Shown here piece by piece: positions 53,656 through 64,000 of a DNA stretch of 64,000 nucleotides. Under the pieces are notes generated by a model. That model worked only from the letters and a program-made list of their open reading frames with translations. It ran no database searches and had not been told where the DNA came from. The position numbers were made by a program, and so were the translations under genes. Origin of the DNA: Camelus dromedarius (taxonomy: Eukaryota); assembly GCF_036321535.1 (NCBI RefSeq), contig NC_087436.1, positions 101,868,001 through 101,932,000 on the forward strand, read 5' to 3'. Every line of letters begins with the position of its first letter. The stretch's first letter is position 1.

Positions 53656-54668
53656 CATACAGTTCCAATATGAATTTTTCAAAACGTTAGTGTATTAATG
53701 ACCTGTTGGTCCAGGTGGCTTGGAGGAGTTGTTCAGTAGGAATGAATACTATCAGTTGAATCAGGGACTTCTTTGTGGCCAGAAAACTAAACCTCAGTGT
53801 AGTTCTTTACAGGCGTAAGACAAAGGAATGATTTCATATTGGATCTCCATTATGAAGCTTATCTCTGAAATTAGCATTGACTTCCAACAATCTAGAATAC
53901 AATCAGAGGTACTTGTCATGCAATGTCAGCAGTGGAAAGGCCTCTGTCTCTACAGCCAAGTACATCAGGTAGATTTCGCCCTTATCACTTCTTTTATTTC
54001 TGTCATAGCACTTCATCCACCTTGTAGTATCTTCCCCTCTCCCCTTCTTCTTCTCTCTCTATTCCCTCCCCCTGTTTCTTCCTTGTGTGTGTAACAACCT
54101 CACATGTTTTATGTCTCTTATTAACTGGGAGCTAAATATTTGCTGAACAAATAAACACAGGCTGTGTGATTATTGTGAAATATTTTACCCATGAGGATAT
54201 TATTATATGACAAATGTTTTATTTTTCTAGAATTGGTAGTTTTGAATAAATTATTTACTTCTGGAATTATGCTGACACAAAAATTAATATTAGATCGTTT
54301 GAGAGTGGTTCTTTCTTAGCAGATACCTTTGCATATGAGAAAAGCAAGCACTAAGATGAAATCTCAGTATAAATATTCATAGCTGTCTGATAAAACTAAT
54401 AAATAAAATTACGGACACTTGATTTATTTTTTTCCTTAAAGCTAACTGAATAGAAGAAAACTGTTTCTTATTGTAGTCTTTCAAAATTTCAAAGAACAAA
54501 ATGAGAATAATTTGAAAAGCAGTATGTTTATCCCATTATTCTTTGAATCATCACTTAATTTTATTGATTACTATTTAGACTGGCCATTGCTTCTGTAGTT
54601 TCTAGTTTTCAGAAACGTTGATAATTTTCTACCGTAACAGCCAAAAAAAGTGACACTTGCAAAGTCAA

Positions 54669-54682
54669 CCAATAGGTGGCGC
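54669..54682 (+). promoter_or_regulatory. CTCF binding motif
   Basis: CCAATAGGTGGCGC matches core CCASYAGRKGGCRS at 13/14 positions and keeps its CpG in CpG-poor DNA. Confidence 0.6.
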
Positions 54683-57322
54683 TAACCACAGCATCTTCTT
54701 AAACACTGACACCTCTGTTAAAAGCCTCAGTTTTGTAGAAATGGATTTAGTCAGCTTTTAGTGAGTGTTGTAATAACCTCAGTATAATGCATATCTTAAG
54801 TGAGCAGTCGTAGAATGTGTTCTAAAACTCATCAAGTTTTATTGGGAACCTGATAGATTTTATTTCCCTCTGTACAGGTTCAGTGAATCATAGAGAGCGG
54901 CGTAGGAAAGAAAGTTCAGTGAGGATTCAACCTTGAGTTTTCTGCTCATTGGAAGTCCCAATTAGGAATAAGACACATATATAAGATTTATATTATTTCT
55001 TTTCTTTTTTAAAGACCTAAGGTGACATACAGTACCTATTAAAACAAACAACCTTTGAAAGGTTAACCATAACTCTGGACAGAAGGGTAAGGATCAAAAG
55101 AACTGACTTGCCTAACTTAGTCCATTGGAAAAAGATAAATTGATATTATGAAATATTATTGTGAGGGAAAGAAATAATGTGGTTTAATGAAAATTCAGGA
55201 AAGAATGTGAAGTTGCAGATCAACAGAATCTTGGCAAGGGTTTTAAATGCCATGCTGCTATTATCCCAGTCCTAGGCATGATTCCCTGTCATCCTATAAT
55301 ACATAGTGAATCAGAAAGATTTTAAATGCCTTTCCAAGGAATACTTACTTAAAAATTGTGTGTGTGATTTTGCAAAAAAAAAAAAAAAAAAAAAAATCAC
55401 CCTTTTTTGTAACATAGGATCATCTACCATGAAAGCTGAGGCACCAATTTCAGTAGACCATTGACTTAATTTTGAATTAAAAATTTGCTCAATTTAGAAT
55501 AAAGTAGACTAACTCACCTAAAATAGGATTTTATAATTTGAATATTTTAAATACCTTATCCCTGAGCAAATCTTGATATTTATTATTCAATAGAAAACCC
55601 ATACATACATTTCACTTGCATACATAATGTTTTCTTTCCAGTCCAGAAATTTAAGGCAAAGGAACAAATTATGGAAAAAAAACTTTATGTATTATTTCCT
55701 CAGAAAGCTTCTTTCATCTCCAACATCATCAACTACATTAGTATTCTAGATTTTATTGATTACTCTTTGTTTTTGAAAGGGATTTTAAGACAGGGTTAGT
55801 GTTTCTTTCCTTTAGAGCATGAGGATTCCCATTCGACTTAATGGAAGAAAGAGCAAGTTTTAAGGTCACTGCAGCTTCCTTAGTTCTGATGGTGATGTCC
55901 AGCTGTAAATACAGAGATCAGTGTTAGTTGAGGGAAAAAAAAAAAATCTTTCCATCAATTCACACTTGTGAAACAAGGCAACATTCCTGTGGTTTATCCT
56001 TTTTGGCCCTGTCAGGAACAAAGTCCTTTATTTTTTTTGATGCAGTTCTTCCTGGAGTTTGGAGCTGGAGGAAGTTGGAACACAGACACGGAGAAGGGGA
56101 GCTATCACCTGTGTCTTAAGAGCATGTTCTCTGTGACTACAATACTGATGATAGATATCTTGCTTCTACCAATGACTCCCTGGGCCAAATGCAAGCATTC
56201 TCTGGTCTTTATTTTCCTGTGCCTTTAAATAAAAATAACAGCAGTACCTGCCTCTTAGGGTGGTTGTACAATGTGGTATGTAATAATCCGTAACTCTCTG
56301 TTCTAGCTAATTACTATTATATTCCTGATTCTCTTCCTTAGTAAATCTTTCATGTACAGAGTTAGCATAATTTTGTACTCTGGGGAACTTGGACTTTGTA
56401 AGGGACACTGGAAATTACAGTTCCTAACATCTTAGTAGAGCTGGCAAAGAGGAGAAAAGGTAGCATTCTTGAGTCTAGGGTAGTGGTTTGTTCAGGTGTG
56501 CTGAAACTGATGTTGTTTTTGTATTTATTTATGTTAATTAAGTGACTACAACTTACACGTTAATTTCCAGGTAATGTGGCCAGTATGGGCTTGAATTAGC
56601 TAAACCAGTTTCCACCATGGCCCTCTTATTTGGCTGGGCAGAAATAGCCTAGGACTACAACACTACTCACTTATTTGAGTTAAATACATCCTGTCTGACT
56701 ACCAGGTGTCACAGGGTCAATTATTCTTTCTGTAGCTCTAATTGGGACTTGGACTAACTAATTACCCAACCTGGTTGAGTGTTCACAAAGTGGGTTGGTT
56801 TTACTCACCTAGTTTCTCCCTAGTGTTCATTGTAATGGCATCATCATGTTAAGGTACCATTTCATTGTTATCATGAGACAAATCCTATAAACAAAACATG
56901 ACCAAACCTCACTCACTGGTTAACTTGTTTAATTCTCAGATGAGGTTTCCACTGGTTCTTAAAGTTTGTTGTAAAGGAATTTGTCTTTTCTTAACATCAT
57001 TGAACATCTTACCAGGGGAGAGGAAAAGACGGTGGAAAAGGGCAAATTAGAGAATACATCAACGTAAGGTATATACTTCTGTCACTGAAAAGCTGAATTA
57101 TCAAAAATTATAGAAGAAATAATGTTTGTATTGTGAGAGTTAACAAACAATCATTGTATTTGCACAATGATACACAAGAAGTTTGGCAAGATACTGAAAT
57201 ACAATACATAGTCAAGGATTGTGAGAGGTACTGGAAGATGTGTGGTAGCATTCCATGTAATTTCTGGGTCCATAAATAAATCAATAGTGTTTTTATGAAA
57301 ATTAATACTGTCGAGATCAATC

Positions 57323-57888
57323 TGTGCAATTAAAAGTTAAAAGCAAAATCACAGAGACAGCACTTAAGACAGACCACTTTATTGGGGTCAAGGGATGCTC
57401 AGAGGAGATGAACGAGTAAGCAACATGGAGAAAATTTTGGCTTATTTTGTGGGATTAAGGGCTGAGGTCATTGCCCTGAAGACGGAACTTTCTTACCCTG
57501 AGAGAAGTGTTTCAGATGAGATTTAAAAATGAAGAAGAAAAAAAGATTCTTCTACTGAAGGAGAGAAAAGGAAAAGGAACAAAACAAGCTTGAAAAAACT
57601 CATTTTATAATAAGAACCATTTGGGTTGAGTCATGAGGCTGGCAGGGAGTTAAAGCTGAGGAAGAAGGTTCATCCCTTCAGGCAGAGAGAATCCCGTGGT
57701 GGTGTAAAACAGCCTATTCAGGGGACAGCAAACAGTTGTCTGTGGTTTGAATTGTCTCCAGATAATACTCTTTTGTCTAAACTTTTGATTTAAAAATGCC
57801 AGCTGCCTAGATAGTATTTGCAAAGATGGATCACAAAGTTCGTGCTTAGGCAAGAGGACCAGTCCCTAGATCAATTTATTTGACCACA
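57323..57888 (-). mobile_element. Possible old solo LTR, family uncertain
   Basis: TGTG...CACA termini, and CTTTATT (AATAAAG on minus) about 55 bp inside the left end. No TSD seen. Confidence 0.35.
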
Positions 57889-60800
57889 ACCCAACTTAAT
57901 GCAGAAGTAGGTGACAACTTACTACAGAATTGTTATCCAAATCCACATGGCTACTTACATATTCAATATAAATGTGTTACTTGATTTAAAAGATATTTTA
58001 TGTTTTGAGTTAAGCAGCATTTTGCACATGAGAACTGAAACAAAACTAAGCATGAAAAGATGTATGTGAGAAACATTCAGTGGAAGCTAATATCTATTGT
58101 CTTCTTGAGAACTCATTTTAACATGAGGGAAAAGGAACGGCAGAAGAATATGATAGAGTGAAAACATCTATATTAGATTTATGGAAAAAGAAAATAAATG
58201 GTGATGAAATGGAAAAAAAAGGCATGGACCTAAAAGGGTCAGGCGTCTGGTTAAAAAACAAGGAAACGGTTTTCACTTTTGAGAAGTACAGACTAATAGA
58301 CTTGAAAAAAAAAAAAAGATCCAAAGCACATCAACTGGAAATATAACCTGCAAAACAAATGTCAAATGAATATGGCTGTGCCTCACTGTAAATGTACCTC
58401 CTGGCAGGTGTCTGCAGGTGTTTCCTTTTTGCCTACAGATAGGTTATTAAAGTCATTGCAAATCAGAGCATGTCTTTCCCGTGGCACAAATTAAACTATA
58501 CAGGAGCAGAGCCAAAGGTAAGGACGAGAACACTTAGGGGGCAGAGAGCAAGCTTTCCGTGAATCCCACGTTAACACTAAAGTACAATTCTAAAGAGTTA
58601 CGTTTGATTTGAAACAAAATTTGATTAAAAAAGTGTCAGATGAATTATGTCTAGATAAATGTGTATGTAGGGTAGTTTGATGCAAAACTGTGAGTGATCT
58701 GGCTGCTACATTAGTGCAATTAGTAGGTTGAAGATCTTGCTCATAATTTATGTAGGGTGATCATTCCCTGCAGATGCATAGGGTCAGCCCCGGTTAATGC
58801 CTAATGTTCTGATTTGATCATTAAAAGGCTCCTCTTTCGTGGCAAAACCTCCCAGTTGTAGGGTCTAGTGTGTCTGTGTGTATGTGTGTGTGTGTGTGTG
58901 TACGTGCGTGCACATGTGCGTGTTTAATTCTCATTCGCACTGATGTCATCTCCATCTTGTCTTTGGCAACAGATTCTTCTGATTTCCTTGCTCTTTTGTC
59001 TTTTCTCTCCAACTCTTTGAAAGTGTAGTTTCAAACTTAGACAGGTTAAAGGTAATGAATGAGTAATCTGGTGATAATCAATGCCCTCTCAGCCTCCGTG
59101 CAAATTTGTCTCTTTTGTTTCCCTTTTACTGTAGTTTTCTGGAAAATGTATTCAATAATCTACAATCTATCTAATTTTCTAGAGCATTTGAGCAGCAAAT
59201 ACGAGGTAGGATTTTTTTCTTGGCTACAAACCACATTTCTCCATTTAGTTATTGCTCTCTTACTTTCTCTTGTTCTTCAACTTTCAATAAATTTTGATCA
59301 GTGGCTCACAGATCCCTGGCAGTTTGTAAATTGCTTGAAAATACCCTGTGCTATATATGAACACCAAATATGAATATTAAGCAATGCTGCTTCTGGAGTG
59401 CCTTTAAAACTCTGATAGTCAGCATCCAGATGTGTTAATAATCATGTAAGGTGCTTATTGATTTATAGAAACTTAAATAAATACGGAGCACTATCTAAAT
59501 TAAAAAAAGGGTCCCTGGGAATTCTTGACTTTCTCATGTGGCAGTTAATAATGGTTGAAGAGGTAAGCTGAATAGTAAGTTCTCTTGAGTTCTTCAGGAG
59601 ACCTATGGAAACATGCTTAGCATACAGAAAGGGATCAGCTCGTAAGATGCTCCAGACTCCCGATCCATGTATACTGTCATAGTCTTACACATCTTAACGT
59701 AATTCTAAGTTGTTTAACGTCTCTTCTTAACAAATGCGAAGACAAATTCCATAACAAGGAAGATTCTAGGTCACTGCTTTTTCAAAGAAGGTTAGAAATA
59801 TTAATTGAGAAAGAACAAGCTATCACTGTTTTACCCAGGGTAATGGAAACTTTGCTGAGAAGAAACAAATTGTTCGGGTAATTTCACATAGTGAAGGCAT
59901 TGCTTATATGCAAATGATGGAAAGATGGAAAGATCAAAAGGACATAATATTCCAGCTTTTGAAAAAATTCAACATCAATTGTCTAGAAACTGCCGAGGTC
60001 TAGTTGTGGGTTTCCAAATGTAGATATGTGGACGTGTTGGTAACACTGCATTGACCTCTACCCAGCAGCACCTTGCAGTGATGTTCCTCTGGGCCTGGGC
60101 TTTTGTCCACTGTGAGTTTAGCCCTTTGCCTCCTACCCCTAAGGTGACCTGTGCCTGTACTGCTCTCTGACAGCAGGAGAAGGAAATCATAAACCCAGAG
60201 CACCTCAGTGCAGCAAGCCCTGTAGACATCTGTGCAAGGAATTATGTGCAGGGTGGTCTCAATTATTTAGAAGAGAATATGAAAGCATAAGACCCTTTTG
60301 TCAGGCCTTAAAAGTGTTCAAAAATGGCATGAGAGACTATTATTGGATTATTTTTAATATAGCTCCAGTTTATAGTTAGGTTATACTCTGCAGGGAGGAA
60401 GGAGGAAGCATAGCCTTCATTAGGAAGGTTATTTATTTAGTCCTTTCACAGAGAATTTAATGAATGTGCATTTTATGTAAAAGAAAACATTATTCCTAAA
60501 AGGCGAATGCCCTGTCCTAAAATACTAGTATTAGCAAATCAACTTTTATGTCTTCAGAGTCACAACCTATATATGAGCTGTATTTTACAGGTGCTGAACG
60601 TGTCAACTCCAGGTTTGCCCAGAAAATCTCCTGTAAATATATTAACCTTAGAAATAAAGATTTTTTTAAATGATGTACTTCTATGACACTCTAGTGGATA
60701 AAATAACACAGTAAGAAAGACCCTTTGCCTATGTCGGAACTACATTAATCATTTCATATTTTATATTATGTAAACGTTGACAATCTAATAATTTACATAA

Positions 60801-61127
60801 AAGTGGATTCTGCTAAGGCAGTCTTAAGAGGAAAGCTCATAAATAACAAGAACAAAAACAGCATCAATAATAACAATGTAATATTTACTGAGCAACCTCT
60901 CTGTTCCAGATACTAGACTAAGCAATGTATTTACCTTCTTTCATTTAAATATCAGATTAGCCTGATATAAGTATTATTATAACCTTTAGATTGTAGATTT
61001 AGAATTTAGAGATAAAACCACAGATAAAAATTCAAAAGTGAAGTTAAAGAAAAGTTATGTAATTTGGCTGTTATAAGCTATAAAATGGCAGAGCTATGTT
61101 TTCTGACTCAATTCCCATGTTCTCAGT

Positions 61128-61422
61128 GTGAGGTCAACAAACTGCTTGTGTAAAGGGTTGGGTAGTAAATAGTTTATGCTTGTGGACTGTATTGTCTCTG
61201 TTATAAACTACTCACCTCTAACGTACTCAAGTCTAACCCTTGGTTAGGAGTAGGGGTAGGGTTAGGGGTAAGGTTAGGGTTAGGGTTAGGTTTAACCATG
61301 AATCAATGTTGGATACATTTGGGCAACATGTAAATTAATGGACATGGCTGTGTTCCAATAAAACTTTATTTGTAAGAAAAGAAAATTAATTTGACCTGAA
61401 GGCCACAGTTAGCCAACCCCTC
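61128..61422 (+). mobile_element. MER58A interrupted by a telomeric tract
   Basis: ggtcaacaaact..tgtaaagg..tagtaaata..gtctctgt..aactactca then [insert] then tggctgtgttccaataaaactttattt..ggccacagttagccaacccct. Strand relative to the library consensus is uncertain. Confidence 0.85.
61242..61295 (+). repeat. Short interstitial telomeric sequence (TTAGGG)n
   Basis: Nine in-register hexamers: GGTTAG GAGTAG GGGTAG GGTTAG GGGTAA GGTTAG GGTTAG GGTTAG GTTTAA. Confidence 0.85.
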
Positions 61423-62261
61423 CTGTAAGTCTTTGTGCCATATGGATTCTATTCTACACTATGCTGGAAAATGTTAAAAAAAAATCCATATTCTTGAACA
61501 TGCTAGTAGTTAATTTACTTAAAAGTATGTCATAGTTATTTTAAAAGTGAATTTAAATTGAAATTATTTTATATAATGGCATATTTCAAAGGGCTAGAAT
61601 AGTAGGATAAATGTTCCACATAAACCAGACTGACTATTCCTAAGTTGTTGTATATGTTGACTTGATTATATTTGCACCCCAAGTCTGTGATATTTTAATT
61701 GCAACTAGTTTAATACCTATTTTAAAATTCCCTTAGAATTAAACATTTGAGGAATAATAAAACCTGGCTTTATTTCTTTATCTTGGCATAAAGGAAATTG
61801 AGGATTATTCATTAAGGATTTTTAAATGTGAAATCAAAACCGCATTGCATTGTAGGGTAGCACAAAATCAAAAATCAAGAGCACGTGTAATTAATTTGTA
61901 TTTTTGCTGCTATAATTATCTACATTATGTCTGACAAGATCAAACTGAGCTATAAGGAAATAAGTGAGCTACTAAAAACAATTGCATATTTAAACATATC
62001 TTTTTGTCATAACATATCCTAGCTGCACATAGTATTTAAAATTGCACATCAGGCCAAGAAAAAAAATAGAGTGTGAAGGCTACAAATAAATCAGATTATG
62101 TATCAGAAGGATGAAAACAAAATAGACCTTGAAATTTTGACTCCAAAGCATCTTGTAAGTTGGTTTTCAGGTGGAAAACGTATAGCTGATACGTCTTAAA
62201 ATGTTTCTCCTTGTCATAGCACATTCAGAGAAGGCCACCAGGTATTGCCATTTCTTTTTTT

Positions 62262-63314
62262 TACATTTTTTTAAATTGGGTAATAGTTATTTTACAATGT
62301 TGTGTCAAATTCTAGTGTAGAACATAATTTTTCAGACATACATGAACATGTATATATTCATTGCCACATTTTTTTTTCACTATGAGCTACCACAAGATCT
62401 TGTATATATTTCCCTGTGCTATACAGTATAATCTTGTTTATCTATTCTGCATTTTAAAATCCCATTTTGTCCCTTCCCACCCACCCTGCCTTGACAACCA
62501 CAAGTTTGTATTCTATGTCTATGAGTCTGTTTCTGTTTTTCATTTCTGTTTTTTATTTATTTATTTATTTATTTTAGATTCCTCATATAAGCGATCTCAT
62601 ACGGTAACTTTCTTTCTCTTTCTAGCTTACTTACTCAGAACGACACTCTCTAGGAACATCCATGTTGCTGCAAATGGCGTTATGTTGTTGGTTTTTGTGG
62701 ATGAATAGCATTCCATTGTACAAATACACCACATCTTCTTTATCCAGTCATTTGTTGATGGACATTTAAGCTGTTTCCATGTCTTGGCTATTGTAAATAG
62801 TGCTGCTATGACCACTGGGGTGCAGATGTCATTTTGAAGTAGGGTTCCTTCTGGATATATGCCCAGGAGCAGGATTCCTGGGTCATATGGTAAATCTATT
62901 CCTAGTCTTTTGAGGAATCTCCATACTGTTTTCCACAGTGGCTTTCCTTGCTTCCCTCTCCCAATCTTAATGTTTAGATGTCTTCTTTTACAATTTTGTG
63001 ATTGTTCTGTTTGTAATTCACGGCAGTTATCTCCCTTCCAGTTATGAGTTCCTCATTTTGGTAGCATCCTGCTGCTTTTTTGTTTAGAGTAGACCTGTCA
63101 GTATTTCTTTTAGCATGGGTTTAGTGTTGCTAAACTCTTTTAGTTTGTGCTTGTCTGTGAAGTTCTTTATCTCTCCTTCTATTCTAAAGGATAGCTTGCT
63201 GGATAGAGTATCCTAAGCTGCATCTTTTTTTCATTCAGGACTTTGAATATATCTTGCCACTCCCTTCTGGCCTGTAGCATTTGTGTAGAGAAGTCAGCTG
63301 AGAGCCTTATGGGG
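62262..63314 (-). mobile_element. Relatively young L1 with most of ORF2 missing (ORF1 C-terminus + spacer joined to ORF2 end + 3' UTR)
   Basis: 63314-~63085(-) encodes PIRLSADFSTQMLQARREWQDIFKVL...KEILTGLL* (ORF1 end, one frameshift). 62627..62815(-) is ORF2 C-terminus (IAALFTIAKTWKQLKCPS...). Junction at 62941-62943; candidate TSD TCTTTTTTT at 62253-62261 / 63315-63323. Confidence 0.9.
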
Positions 63315-64000
63315 TCTTTTTTTAAAAGTAATGGCTTCCACTTCATTCAGATACAAATTAGGGTCTGGTATTAATCAATGTATAATATTAAGCTATGTAA
63401 GTTATATGTCTGCTCTAAGTTTTATGTTTCTCACTTGAGTACTAGAAATGTTAAAATACCTTTTCCAGGAAGGTTTGCAGGGGTGATTGTATAAAAATAT
63501 AAAGTGCTTTCTACTCTGCCTGCCATTCCATAAATGGTAGCTATAATCATTAACTCAAGGAGAAACATATACTTTGCTACCATTTATAGTACTGTACACT
63601 TTTTAATATAAGTACCATCTAAATAAACAAATCTCCATAGTCCATTATAAAAAGTTATTCTTATACTGAAGATTTATAATACTCTCTAAAAATATTTTTT
63701 TCTCTCATTATCTCTTTCTTTCTCTCCTTCTCTTTATTTAATTGAATGGACAAAGGAAAAGATTTATATTTAACAGTTTTGTAATGGTGAATTACAACAT
63801 GAGGCTTTCGTTACACCAGTGTCATTTCATATTATTTTAAAATTAAAAGCATCCAATGAAACATGATAATCATATTTATACATCCACATGCAAAGGTAAT
63901 TTTAGGGGTAACTTAGGGTCTCTCCTTTCACACTGCATTTTGGTTATTTATCTTGAATCACTTATATTACCAAATCTCTATTACTTCAGAAACACATCAG

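Noticed and set aside
61231..61295. Telomere-telomere chromosome fusion site
   Set aside because: Fusion sites are (TTAGGG)n followed by (CCCTAA)n with subtelomeric flanks. Here the order is reversed, the tract is tiny, and both flanks belong to one MER58A.
1..64000. CRISPR arrays, operons, NUMT, rRNA/snRNA genes
   Set aside because: Mammalian repeat-rich DNA. No regularly spaced repeats, and no mitochondrial-like or structural RNA sequence recognised by eye.

Overview
AT-rich, CpG-depleted mammalian non-coding DNA (gene desert or large intron). A tRNA-derived SINE of the camelid Vic-1 type and artiodactyl-style L1 3' ends suggest a camel/alpaca/llama genome. I found no supportable host protein-coding exon, RNA gene or CRISPR array. 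The recognisable content is mostly transposable-element debris: L1, L2, MIR, MaLR/ERVL/ERV1 LTRs, a near full-length Tigger1, and MER58A/B. The most notable items are: (1) a telomeric (TTAGGG)n tract inserted inside a MER58A, with repair-like junctions; (2) a TSD-flanked L1 in which ORF1/spacer joins directly to the end of ORF2 at an AG, possibly a spliced or non-autonomous L1; (3) a 93-bp orphan retroposed fragment with a perfect 16-bp TSD; (4) a possible decayed Gypsy integrase + PPT + LTR start; (5) a twin-primed inverted L1 inside a two-LTR MLT1 element; (6) a dense RFX/ZIC/MEIS/PBX-HOX motif cluster and a strong CTCF motif. Repeat family names come from my recollection of consensus sequences, not from a database search, and boundaries of old repeats are approximate. 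I see no clear evidence of a wholly new biological system.
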